Of a stretch of 64,000 nt of DNA, positions 1 through 13,474 are shown one piece after another (position 1 is the stretch's first letter; every line of letters starts with the position of its first letter). A program made the translations under genes and the position numbers. The stretch is taken from NCBI GenBank assembly GCA_048013815.1, contig CM106586.1, positions 19,840,001 through 19,904,000 on the forward strand. Direction: 5' to 3'. The notes under the pieces were generated by a model, which ran no database searches, was not told the origin of the DNA, and saw only the letters and a list, made by a program, of their open reading frames with translations. This DNA is from Setoptus koraiensis (taxonomy: Eukaryota; Animalia; Arthropoda).

Positions 1-273
1 CTACACTAGTAGTGTTGTTACTGCATTTATGAAACAAAAACACAGAATGATATTTGAAAGAAGAAAAGCTGCCGAGGAGGCAGCAAAAAAAGAAGCCGAG
101 AAGGACGCGTCTGCGATTTAATGAGATGCCCATCTAGTGATAGACGTTCAAATTGAAATATAATGTGTATAGCGTTTAGTTTAATGCAATATTGGTCAGT
201 ACTGAACTGATGATTAAATAATTAATTACAACAACAATGAATATACCAGGCGTATTATGCTACGCTAGTTGAT

Positions 274-1248
274 TCATTTATTGTCATTGAGCGCGCTTTT
301 AACAGATTCTATCTCGATATAGTTGGCCGGTACCAAGCCGATAGTTTTACCATCCATTCTTGATGCCAGGAGCCAGCCTTGGACTTTTGGTTGAGCGTGG
401 GCGGGTGCCACTATAATCTTTTCATTTGCACTTAATGTCAGCTCATTTGCCATGTTGGTTTGGAATGGAAATTTGGCCACCGCTAGATAGTGAAAGCCGT
501 CTTGTTGGGCCCACCTTGTGGTATCCTGACCGGATGGTTGATCTTGCGTTTTGCCTTCATCTGACATCATGAGTTTATAAATGAGCCACGGTGTGCCCGT
601 AATAACGCTTAAAAACATGAATATTGGCCAAAGTCCACGCAAGGATTGATGCATCGCCGCACCGTTAGTAATGGAATGATCCAATGATTCTGACCAGGCC
701 AATTCGTTAGTGTCATTAACGTCTATCAGACGAAACATTTGAAGGACTCGTTGCAAAAATCTCTTAATTGTTTTCATAATTGTCAGCGATGCTAAAATAC
801 TGGTCATTAGATGTTTCAGACGAGCCATATGCTCAGCAACGCCTAATACGGCTCGAAATGATGAATGGACCGCAAAATATGTGGACTCCATGAGCATTGA
901 TACAGATGAGAATGCGTGTACTATGGATTCAATAGATTGGAATGCCCTACGTGAACTCTCCTCGGCCGCTCTAACAAAATCCACCTCCTGGGGCATACCG
1001 AAGCCAACTCCTCCGGGTGCTAGACCACTAAATCCGCCCGCCATTCCGTAACCCGACCCATAGGCGCCATAAGCTGATCCATAGGGTTGATAAGGTGACA
1101 TTCCATAGGGTGATCCCATGCCCATGCCTAAACCCATTCCCATTCCCATACCTAAACCAAACCGTTGATTGTAGGGCGACAAGGCACTGTACTGTTGTGT
1201 GGCTGACACCTCACCTGGCCTGGGTGGTACCGGCGGAGGTGCTGCCAT
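274..1248 (-). CDS. PEX13: Peroxisomal membrane protein PEX13 (intronless)
   Basis: Gly/Tyr/Met-rich N-terminus, Peroxin-13_N-like core (ESSRRAFQSIESIVHAFSSVSMLMESTYFAVHSSFRAVLGVAEH), TM segment (LWPIFMFLSVITGTPWLIYKL) and C-terminal SH3 (AVAKFPF...ELTL...GWLLAS...GLVPANYIEI). The likely start is the ATG at 1248 (MAAPPP); the ORF is open to 1281. Confidence 0.93.
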   Translation of the reverse strand: MAAPPPVPPRPGEVSATQQYSALSPYNQRFGLGMGMGMGLGMGMGSPYGMSPYQPYGSAYGAYGSGYGMAGGFSGLAPGGVGFGMPQEVDFVRAAEESSRRAFQSIESIVHAFSSVSMLMESTYFAVHSSFRAVLGVAEHMARLKHLMTSILASLTIMKTIKRFLQRVLQMFRLIDVNDTNELAWSESLDHSITNGAAMHQSLRGLWPIFMFLSVITGTPWLIYKLMMSDEGKTQDQPSGQDTTRWAQQDGFHYLAVAKFPFQTNMANELTLSANEKIIVAPAHAQPKVQGWLLASRMDGKTIGLVPANYIEIESVKSALNDNK

Positions 1249-4200
1249 TTTTGTGTCGATGTGTAAAAATAGATTTGACAATTATAAATAATAATATTTC
1301 CTAATATGAGTTGTGTATTAACGAGTCTAGCAACGAAATCAGAAAACCAGACTAGATGTAACGGTTGGCAAATCAGTGGTGAATGAGAAGAAAATGTAAA
1401 TATTGCGACGTCCTCGATACTGTTATAAAATTGCCAAGGCGCTAAATTTGAAACAAAGTAGCCGTTCTCAGGTTGGTTTGGTCGAGATGGATTCATCGGA
1501 TTTGGAATTGAAATTTTCCACACTGAGACAGCCAGCAACAGGTAACACAAGGTAATGAGCACTTTCTTACAGGCAAACCTGAACTGTTACGTAAGCTGTG
1601 AGTCGCCGCTCCCATTCCGAACGAGGGAGAGTGATTGGATGGCAGTTCTGACGCTTCTCGCAGAGAAAGGGGAGCTGTCTTGCAAGCTCCCATAGTCGCT
1701 CGGGGAGGCTGAAGTTGTTGTTGTCATGTAATGTTTATTTATCCTTTGGCTTGCCATTGCGACTGTACATGTCCCTCTGTCTGTATCGCGCTTCCTATGC
1801 TCGTATCCCTGTGCTACGTTGTTAGAGAGCCGGCGGCATTTGTGGCCAGGAGGTTATTGCGAATGTGTAAGCATACGATTAAGATATAAGATTTCGTTGC
1901 CGCCTTAGTGGCTCCGATACACTTGTGCTGTTGCTTTCGGCTGTAAGTGGGTTACATAACAAGTTTTCGCACATGACTATTGTGAGATGATTTGTGACTA
2001 TGATATCCGTCCGTATGTATCGTCATCGTCATGTCATAGTGAGAAAGAAACCTTTACTCCAACAATTAGTCGTGCCACCACTCAAGCAACGACCACCGGC
2101 TGACCGTTGGGTCTAGCCACCGGTGATGGTCAGTGCCAGTGATTAAGTAAATCACTGGCTCCTTTGTGGTGGGATTGCAGCGGCTTCGATTACCTGTTGC
2201 TGGTACTGGTGCTGGTGCTGCCGCTGTCGATCTGATTAAATGGAAGCGACACAATGCAGTGTGTGCACTTGGATTATTGTGCAAACAATAACAATGGCAC
2301 CATCGGTCCGACTATCAAACACGGACAATAACCATAATAACCATTGTGATAACGGTGCGATAGCGAAAATAATTATAATTCAAACACAAAGTATCAGCGC
2401 ATTAGTTGCACTTGTCCGCCACCAGTAGTACTAGGCCGAGACTGAAACTGCCGCTCGTTGTTATCCTCTACTAACAACTTGTAAGATACGACGATGCGCT
2501 GACGACGACGACGCCGACGCCGACGCCGACAATGTTGCCACTGCCGCCACTGCCGCTGCTGTCGACGATGATGATGTAATAATGAATTTGTATAATTCAA
2601 TTGCAAACCTGCTTGCCCGTTTGCTGCTGATGATGATGTAATATCATCGCAATCAACGACAGGTAAGAGCTGTTATTTGTTGGTCCTTCCTTGTTGTTGT
2701 TGTTGTTGTTGTTGCTTTCGTTGGTGTTGTTGGTGTTGCTGTCGTCGTTGTCGTCGTTGTCGTTGGCGAAAGATCGTGCCTCATGCTATCATCTGATCGG
2801 CCAGAGTGGCGCATCGTCATCAGGCTGTCTCGAGAATCAACTTGGCTACTTACGGACACTCAGGCTCATTACACACACCGGACACACAAACAACGGCAAC
2901 AACAACAACGGTCTGTATACTGACCGGAAAGAGAGCTTGTTGGTGGCAGTTTAGAGAAGTTTAGATTAACTGCATTGCGACAGCAACTGGCCAGACTGGA
3001 CACAATACTCGTTGTTGTTGTTGTTGCTGTTGTTGTTGCACACAAACTGACCAAAGCTGGCAAGACGAGGCGATCATTTAGGGCAACAAACGGTTTTCCG
3101 ACAATTCAGTAGGCACAATCGCACAAAGATCACCACTGTTCGAGCCTGTTGGCTAAAAATTAAAACATCTTGACTTTGAAGATACACATACAAGCGGCGG
3201 CGGCGCCAGTCTCCCTGTGGGCATCTTTTTCGAGTTGTAGTCACATCATGAGCTTGAGTGAGGATACAGGGAGAGTTAATCTCGCTCGTTTGATCGATCC
3301 AGGTCGTATTTTGAATGTATGCTAGTCGTATGTATGACAACTTCGTTTAAAAGTGGTTATATTATCCTGATATCGTCAAGTGAGAGCCACAGCCGAGCAT
3401 CAGGCATTAAAAAAGGAAAGTGAGCCCCTGTCCCTAGATAGATAAGTATTTTTTGCGCCAAAAGAATCGCATTAATCTACATCACAGAGTTGTAATAGTT
3501 GTCGACGCAACTTCCACATTCAACCATCATCATCGTGACAGTGGACACAACACAATGATACTTGTAATAATAGCAACAACGAGTGTCGCTAATTACTAAT
3601 GGCCACACACAATTAGTAGTAATCGTTTTGTTTCTATTCATGTCATTGCTGACCATTGTCTGTCTGCTGGCTCGGTCGCATTCACATCACGACAAAACCA
3701 AAACTGGACAACTAATTAGCTGGCAGCAGCTAATCAGTTTCTCTGTTATTATCAAATATGTAATTATAGCCAAGACCAGGAAATTAGATGAGCATGATCG
3801 ACCAAGCGCTCTACATCTATTCATCATCAACATGTGAATACATGTGAGCATGCTGATGTAGAGCAGCCTGATGCCATGATGCAACAACAACAAAAAATAG
3901 CCGGATAAACAAAAGTTGTGCATATATGAATATTAGTTGATACTGAGTCATGTGGAGTCATGTGGCATCAATCAACTGGCATTCTCATTTGCATGACTAG
4001 TGGCCAGTTGCGGCCGCAAAGGTTTCCCGATCATATTCATACATGAATCCCGAATTTAAGTAAATTTGTCCATATTTTAACCAGATTACCATTGCCCAAA
4101 TTCGTTCACGATCCATGTTGTTGTTGTTGGACCTCATAAATTTTCAATTTTGTATTCCTTTTAGAGGCACAAAGGAAGCCACAACCGTTATGATGGATCG

Positions 4201-7200
4201 TTAATGGGTCAATAGATTACAACTAAGCATGCAAATAAAGAAAGTGTCGAGATTTACATGGTTCGCCACTTGGTGATTGTTGTCGCCGTTACGCGACCAT
4301 AGCACAAGAGTCACCTCAACTAGCTTCCATGAGATGATTAATTAATGCAATCTAGCCATAGCAATTGGTTACCGGTTACAGGTGGTGAACGAGTTACAGG
4401 TAGTGAACGAGTTACAGTGTTAGTGTTAGTGTAATCAACGACATGACGACGACGACTACGGTGTCTCATTAATATATCTTCTCTCATTAGCATGCATCGG
4501 CTGAACACTTGAGTCACTTGTTGCTGTTGTCGTCGTCTAATTTCACTACAAGTGTGGCAATTGTGTAGCTAATGGCGGTGGCTTAATGGTGCCAACGTCA
4601 TGCTATGCAAACAGTAATTAAACAAATAAACAAAGGCTACTTGTTGAATGGGCTGTTGTTGGCAGTTAATTACGATGATAGCAAATGATGATATAGTGAA
4701 TTGTTTTCATCATTAAACACTTTCTATTAATCACGAATAAAGCCCCTATAACAGGATCTGTTGCTTGCACTGCTTGCATTGAATCGACTGGGGCAAGATT
4801 GTAGAAAACAATTTAATAATTGTGCAAACTTGATCCCTGTCCGTCAATGGCGGCAGCACAATACACTGTCTATTCTACAATCTATAATCAAATATTTGCT
4901 TGCTTCATGAATATTCGAATAGGTCAATAGTTGCAATTAATTGAAATATAAAAAGCCGCCTAGCGAAAAAAACTCACATCTAACGTGTTCTGAGACTATT
5001 CAGGCGAGCCTAAAACTAACTGAAACCAGTTGACAAAACTAGCAAAACTAACAAACAAGAATACGGATTAAAAAACACAGATGCAAATATGGTTCTTATG
5101 GCGGGATTATAATGAACAGAGATATATAAAACAAGTGGCCAGATACACTGTATATCCTCAGTGCGATAATATTTACCTTGCTCGTAGTTGGCGTTGTTGT
5201 TGTTGTTGTTGCTGTTGGCCGAAATCACGAAGCGATCAAGCTGGCCTATCTAGCAACCTAGTAAATATCCAATTAGTTTTGAAACAAGAAAGATATCTGA
5301 ACCGTTAAATCGTGTTAAAACAGCGCTGCTGACGTCATGACACAGTATCATTAGCTGTTGATGTTGTTGTTCCACTATTAGTCCCAGAGAAGGTCGTGAC
5401 TTGTTGATTAATTGATTTCTTTTCAATTCTTTTCTGTTTTTCTTGCTTTCGAATCTGCTTTCTCTGTTGTCCCTCTGCAAACTTCATTCATCAGTGCATT
5501 ATATTGAGCAGTATATATTTGAGATGAGCCGCAAACAACAAGCGATGGAGTGGCGCAAGTTTTTCTCCTCTCGACAACACTAGACACAGCCACACAAGTA
5601 TCTAATTATGCTAATGAGTGCCAGAGAAGAAATGCGGTGACTTGGGTTGTCGGTGAAGAAAGACGAAAGTTTTGATTTTACACCTAAGCACATTTGGGGC
5701 AACAAATAGCTGACCCAAATGTATAGCTTGTATATAGTCGTGTATGTTTGGTGTGTTAACGTGTTTTGTCGGGGCTTGTAGCCGGCAATTACATCATAAT
5801 TATTGACCACTTTCATTATGACAATGAACTATAACTCCCACTATTCCGGCTACTTTATAGCATTGGTATAATAGAAACAAAAAGAATGTGTCCACCTCTT
5901 AATTTAAACTCTACTCTCGCCTAATGATGGCAGCCATTTACAAACAACAACAACAATAATAATGTTGTTATAATTTAATTGAATTCAGCGCGACTCGCCA
6001 ACCGGACATGCCACTCGAATCGAATTGATCGAGACCGAAAATCGTGCCTCGGTCCGGTGTGTCCGGTTATATTGTGTCCGGTTATATTGTGTCCGGTAGA
6101 TTTGTTAGAGAACCGTTAGATTCCGCATATATTTCGGCGTGTATTCGCGCGTATATTTGATAGACCAATTGATCTAACACAGTATCACTAATGATCATTG
6201 CAGATGAGATGTAAAATCAGTTGAACTAATCGATGTGCTTCTGGCTAATAATAATAATAATAATAAACTCGTCTCTTTGGTTGCAGTGCAAATAAATTAG
6301 CCAATATCACTACTGGCCACTATTAATGATGGTCCTAAATATTATTATATACATTGTTTTGTCTAGCAATCAGTGTGTGTACCCGATTATTTTAATCAAT
6401 TCGACAGTCGTACATGGGCCCAATCAATATAAATAATGAATCTGTTGTTTATTCGTGTCGCTTTGTCAAATTGATTAGATTGGCATAACGGCCCGGATGA
6501 CGTCATTACGGTCATTACAACGGGTCTCCAGAATTCAGTTTGAACTGTCGCACACTGACAGTTGTACCTGCAACTGTCAATTTAGCACATGATGTGCATT
6601 TGCTGTTGCATAATAATAAGAGGACAAGTGGGCCGAGCTGCATTCATGGCTCGTTGTCACGCCAATTGTCTCAGTGAATTCAGGGAGCAACAGGAAATTG
6701 TTATTATATCATGTTATTTATTCTTGCCGGACAATTGGCATTTTGTTGTTTGTTTATTATGGTCTATTGAACGATGATTGTCTCACACCCGCATGCCATG
6801 AGACATTCATCGGCGCATGCAAATTTATGCAAATTTCAATTAAAGAGATTAGCAGCCACAACACACACACACACACACCTCGACTTTACAACCTGTAGCT
6901 ACCTGTTGTTTGATAATGATCTGGCTCAATCGAACGCACGCCATTGTTATTTAATTGTTTCGATTGTTAAACCAATGAATTTGCTGGGCATTATTTTCAT
7001 ATTTAGCCCAGGCAGAAGCTCGGCGATTTTATTTGCTGTTGTTGTTGTTGCTGCATGATGGGCTTGCGGTTGTTGCCCGACAAAACCATTGAAAAACCAT
7101 CCAACTGATACCTGTTGCTTCCCAATGGGCAGCTCACGCCTCATTAGAACACACAGATAATTTTGCCCGAGCCGAGAGATGAATGCCAATGATTATCGTT

Positions 7201-10200
7201 TACATGCCAAACGAATGGTAATCAGGCGATTGTTACTTTGAGACGAGTCAAAACAAGCGATAGTGAGAGTGGGGCGCTCGCCCAATTGCTCTGACTCGCC
7301 CCTTTGATCCTCTATATTGTTCATCAAATATTCAGTCTTCTCTGCGATCATCAACTCACCTGTTGATTTCGATACAGAGATTTCGGCTGGCTGGCGGAGC
7401 TGGCGACAAGCCCAGGCATTGTTGTCCATGTTGTTGTTTGTGGTGGTCATCACATTGTGATGACCAGCGACGATACACATCCCCCGCTTGCATTAACTGA
7501 CGGCCAGCAGCGCAAGCTCATCAACAACAACCATGTAATTGTAATACCAAATAACAAATCGAGCCAAACACTGGAAATAACTCGTCGTCGAGCTGCACAA
7601 GGCTCCGCTATCAGCACTAAACTTAGCCACACAAGCGAGCTTGCCAGAGAGCTGCCAAAATGGCTCGAGTGCGGCTCGCCGAGGGGCATTTGTCATTTGA
7701 GATAATCTGAAATTGTTGAGATAATCTGAAATTGTTGAGATTGCCTGAAAGTGCACACAATGGGTTGTTTGTGAGACAATTAAACTGAACAATTGATTGC
7801 GTGTTGCCACAACGACCACGACATTTCAGCAATATTATCATCATTTTATCGTGTTGGCCATTTTATTTTATTCTATTTTATTTTATTTTATTCTATTTTA
7901 TTTTATTTGTTGTGCATTGTTGGGCTTGGCGCCATTGTCGTATGGTGGCGCCCAAACGATCGATGGCCCCATGATGACTGACAAATTGTGTTGGCCCGAA
8001 CAAATTGGCCCATGTATTCAGCCGATATTCATGCGTGAATATTGAGCAAATTCCAGCATAATTGAGAAACATTCAAGCATGTATTTAGGCTGAATAGAGT
8101 ACGGAATAGCGGCGATATTTTAGTTGTAAGACATTGAAAATACTTTGTTAATTAGCTGTACTTTCACTCGAAAACAGTCTGGCCAACACAAGCTCGACAC
8201 AAGCTCGACACAAGCTCGACACGAGCGCACTAATCGGGTGAGGCGGCTAATCGCTGATTGATAGGCTCTCTCTCGTGAGCAACAGAACAGAGGATAATAA
8301 ATGTCGACATTGAATGGATTGGCGCCGATTAGCGAATACTAATATCCATTTGAGCCCTTTATCGCGAGAATGGTCTGTCGACAATCGCTCAGCTCGAGTG
8401 GTTGGCCAGCTCATTGCCGACATGGTGTAGATAACGGTAATGATGAGCCGCTCTTTTCTTGCCCACTGATTGGGCTCGTTGTTTCGCCAAACAAAGTAGC
8501 GCTTCTTCTTTGGACGGAGCACGCGTCCAGATGACGCCCCCATTTGTTTGATTGCCGAAGACAAGTTTGCGCGGCGCCTTGCCGACACCGACAAAAGACG
8601 GATTGGGCAGAATTGGCTCGAAGATGAAAGAGAAATTGGATTGAAAGATTCGAACAGGATTGCAAGAATCGAGAGAATCGAAATCCGACGACAAATGGCC
8701 GGGCCAGCGAGCGAAAAAGCGGGCCAAGGCCAGCACAACGCGACCGGTGTGTGCCTTATTTGCATACCAGGACTATTTTTATCAATTAGATCGTTGTCTC
8801 TCTATTATATCTATCATATCTGTTATATCTGTCGCTGCAACTGGCTGGCACACACACACAGCGACGACGAAAGAAACAAAAAGAGAAACAAACCGACTAC
8901 TCACGTTACTAATTAATGGGCGCCTCTGCAGCCGGCACAGCTAATGAGTTGAGTGTTGCTTTCGCTCTCAACTGGTTGCGCTCATCAATCTTATCAATAT
9001 TGTTGAATGAACGAAATGATAATAATAATAATAATAACGATAATGGTGCCAGCTAGAAGGCGAATATACGAGTGAATTGAGCCGCCATTTACAGGTATTA
9101 TTATTATTCGACATTGCATTCATTTACTATTAGTATTCAAATATGCTCAAAGTATTCACGACTCTCGCCATTAGCGTCAGCAGCAGCAGCAACAACAACA
9201 ACAACGAGCGCACGAACGAAACTCGCATGCCGACACAATCACAACCGATTGAGACATCTCGTCAGTCTGGCGAGATCTCGCTCGCCCGATATGTCTTTGT
9301 GACAGCAGCAATAACTAATTGGCCAGCCGGCCGGCGGCCGCTTGTCTATGTTTGTCTCTCGATTGGGCATTACATAACAACAGGCTATCTCTTTCTCGAT
9401 ACAACTCGCTCTATCTCTCTCTTGATACAACTCTGTGTGTGCTCTCGTTACAACAGCGTGATCTTAATTTGATTGATGGTGGCCAACTTTGTTTGTCAGT
9501 CGTGCCGTATGATGCTCACTTTGCACGGCCACCACAACGACGTCGCCGTTGTTGTTGTTGTTGCTCGACAGTGTGTGCGACTTAATTGTAATTCGGACAA
9601 GTTGCCTTAGATTATCTCTCGGCCGAGAGATCAATTTAAGATGAGATAGCATTTGTTGAGAAATTGAGCCATCTTGCCTCTTTCACCTGTCTCTCTCAAT
9701 CGGACTCTCGCTTGATGGTACACACATTTCTACCTGTTGGCACACACAGGTGGAAATGGCCTTAATTAAATGCCACCATCGCTCTGGCTAATCGACACTA
9801 ACTAAGATAATACTAATGAAATAAGACTAAACTAGTAGTGCTAGTAGTAATGATGTTGATGATGACGCTGATGATGATGATGATGATGATATTAATAACG
9901 GCAGTCGTGCAGTGGTCGTGGATCAACTCATGCCAGACGATTGTTATATAATATATATGCTTGTAGATAATATATTTTTATATATAAAACACACAACATA
10001 TAAGATATAACAAGATATAAGCAAACAAACTGACAAGCAACACACACAAACTAATTGACATTCTTATTATTATTAAAAATAAAATAAAATAAAATAAAAT
10101 AATAATACTAATGATAACGTGCCTCACAACACAACCATTAGTGTTATGTAATAGATGGTGATATCATGGCACTATTATTACTATTTCGTGCAATATCGGC

Positions 10201-13139
10201 ATCCTGTTATTCTTCGTCGTCTTGTTACCTGTTGTTGGGTCGGCCAAGTGACCCGTGCGAGCCAACTACACTTACTGCTAACAGTTGCAGTTGTTAACGA
10301 CGTAACGGTAACTGTTCGTTTATTTGGTCGTGATATAGCAACGACACTTGATGAGTGATCAGTTCATTCAATTGTGTTGCACTGCTCAACTAAATAAACC
10401 AACTATAAACACAACCAACTAACTATCTGACCCATCAATCCATCAGTCCCTTTCATCGCTCACCTGTGTACTGTCCTGTTTCGGCTCGTTTGTTTCAACA
10501 GATCAACCAATCTAGCCAATTAAGTCGAAAGAGAGCTAATCAAACTCGAGGAGCTTGTTTTTCGCGTGCCGAGCCAGATTCGCGAGCTAAATTGAGCCGA
10601 CAGCCGACTTTTCACTCCAAATAAACAAATATTTGTCGCAATTAAACCGGTAAGAGTGATCCCTCGAGTCGTTACTTTGTTCATTTCTGACTAGCGAGTC
10701 AGTCGAATTCTTTTTTCAGAAATCTTCTAAATCAGTCGACAGACAGTTGGAAAGAAGATTTAGAAAAAAAAATATTGTAAAATTTATTTGATCGGTTTGA
10801 AATAGCTTGTGACGGCGACAAATAATCGTGCCAGCGAACGGCGGTATCGGCGTCTCATGCGCGACAAACGGCGTGAAAAGAAATCACCAATTCCACGCTG
10901 GGGTCCATCCGAAAATCTTGAAAATCTCGAAAATCTCGAAAATGCCAAGTTCGAGATTGGGTGCGTTCGAAAATTCGATCTTCGGAAATGTGGCGTTCGA
11001 TGTTCGCATTTTCGTTATTATGACCCGATGCTCCCAGAATCAATAATTAGCTCGGCGAACAATGTTTGTGTGAAGCGTTGACCCGGGCACATTTGACACA
11101 AGTATCGTGTCTCGGAACGGCCGACGGAACGGGCTAGAGAGGCAGAGAAAGTCGCCCGATGGAATGGCGAGTCGCATCACTTTTTATTTGTATTTGTATT
11201 TTTATTTTCATGCCATGACAAGTCAGCATGAGAATGAGCACCCGTATTGCTGACAGGGAATTGATATGGCGAGTTGATGGGGCGAGTTGATAGGGCGAGT
11301 TGATAGGGCGAGCTGACAGAGAAAACGGATAGAGGAAATTGAAAGTAGGGTTGCGGCAGGTGATAAAAATAACAGCATGTGGTGCCGGTGCGCAAGCATG
11401 GGCTAGTTTGTTTTTTGCGGAAATTGCACTGTCGCAACATATGGATTTGGCGGCCGGCTCTGACAGTTGCGAGTTTTGAGTTTGGAGCCGGCCGAGACAG
11501 TTAATTGACGGCTCCAGTTATCGGCCGGTTGGCTTGAGGTTAGTGGGCTTTTGAGTTAGTGTGACACGACAATAACTCAAAATATGTAACAGTGGTCGAT
11601 CGCACAGATCGACACAGATATCGTGCAAATGTCAAACTGGCGAACGGGCCAACGGGCCAACTGGCTGCCCGATCACTCACCGAGCCACCAACTAATTTGT
11701 TTATCCGCCGCATGCCGCATGCGCTGACAGTTGTCAAGCTCGCCATGATGGATCAGACGGATATCGTAAGCCGTCATGCCAGTGGGTCGGACGCATAGCG
11801 CATAGACCAATGACAGCGAACGAGCGCATAACAAGCGCATTCTGTCAATGAATCGCTGGCATGAATAAAGATTGAAAACAAAATTAAAATACCTGCATCT
11901 CAACGCGAATTGTTTCTGTGGGCCACACAACACAGACCATTAATCAAACTAACTAAGCTCTTTGCCACCACACCGATCTGATCCGTCGCGGCTTGCCGTC
12001 GATGTTGTGCCCCCATTTGCTTGTGTTCCGGCCGCCGATCTAAACACATTCAAACCGATCACTCAACTGGCGCCAATCGCGCTGCCCATAGACAAATGGG
12101 CAAGCCACAGATAACTGATCGTTGCCAATGACAGATCGTTGGGCTACTTGTGTCTCAATCGCCGGTTGTCGGCCGCTGTCGGTGCTCCGATGTTGTCAGT
12201 GTGGCTTATCGGTCGCCGGCCGACAGCGCGCCAGAAAATGAATGAACAAAGTAGACGAAATTCGCGCAAAATTCGCGCATCTTTGTCGCCCGTTTCGTCG
12301 GTCCTGTTGCGCCACACACCAACACCGCTGCTGTTGTTGTCGCTGTCTCTAATGTCGCTGTTGTCGTTGTTGCTAGTGTCGTTGCTTGTTGCTTGTATGC
12401 GATCAAGTTGACAGTCACAATGTTATTTCTGGTGGACAGTTGCGTCATGCGCGCATGCGTTGGCCAGTTCAACTTAAAGAGTCTTGCCAAACTTGTATCA
12501 CGGCGCGAGAGGGGGACGGCGAGGGGAAAGAGCGTTGTGGGGAAAGAGGGGTAGAGCGTGCGGACAGAATGACGGACGGACGGACAGTCGGACGAACGAA
12601 CAGACGGACGGACAGTCAACGGGCAACGAAATCATCACCAGAGCGAGTTCTTTTGGCGAACTCTCACCTGACAAGTTACTCACCTGTGCTGCTCGCCTGT
12701 GCTGCTCGCATGTGCTGCTCACCTGTGCGCACCCATTTGGAGTTGTGTGCTAGAGTACGCCCACGCCGCGCGCCTTATCATAAAGCCTTTATGTGTGTGA
12801 GTGTGTTGAGCCGCGTCGCTTTCAGGGCTTCGCTACTACTGACACTAGCGAATCAGTAGTGGTGTCAGCTGACCAGCAGAGAGTGCACAAACGATTTGTC
12901 TCGAATCTGTCAACAACGTCACCAGCAACAGCAACAACAACAACAACAACAACAACAGTAGCAGCAGCAACAACAACAGCGACGACAACAACAACTACAA
13001 CGGCCAGCATTGCGTCAGCGACAAATAAAGCAGCGGCCATTGTTTAATTGTAGATGGGAATTGGGCAGTCAGCAGTGCATTCAATGTATCAATAGTATCA
13101 ATGAACATGACACACAATACAAACTGTTTGTTGACAAGT

Positions 13140-13140
<1 letters not shown>

Positions 13141-13177
<37 letters not shown>

Positions 13178-13186
13178 GCACGCACA
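13141..13186 (+). repeat. (CA)n microsatellite with a (GCAC)n tail
   Basis: Read directly: about 16 CA units followed by gcac repeats. Confidence 0.95.
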
Positions 13187-13441
13187 AGCGAGTGGTCAAG
13201 TTATTGAAGAGGAACAACAACGACAAAGTTAATAGAGACAACAATACACAGGTGAACGGTTGCATCAGTAATTAGTCGTACGAGGTGGACACACACACAC
13301 AAAAGACACGAACGACTTGATTGTGAGCAGCTGATTGTGCTCACCGGAGTGGACAATCGCACACACACACACAAACAGCAACTATCAATCAGTGCAATCA
13401 CCATAGCAATGCAGCTAGCCAATTACGTAAGCATTGTTGCG

Positions 13442-13474
<33 letters not shown>

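Noticed and set aside
1152-1780. Short ORFs upstream of PEX13 on both strands (e.g. MRRKCKYC..., 1152-1562)
   Set aside because: No family recognised and no consistent splice model could be built.
2135-2159. 10-bp hairpin gccagtgatt-aagta-aatcactggc
   Set aside because: Too short; near chance expectation once loop lengths are allowed to vary.
2400-2425. Partial resemblance to miR-92 (ttgcacttgtcc)
   Set aside because: The match is incomplete and no precursor hairpin is visible.
5016-8916. Exon-like segments with donor motifs (about 5175 and 7357) and 70-170 aa ORFs
   Set aside because: No recognisable domain, and competing ORFs on both strands; left unresolved.
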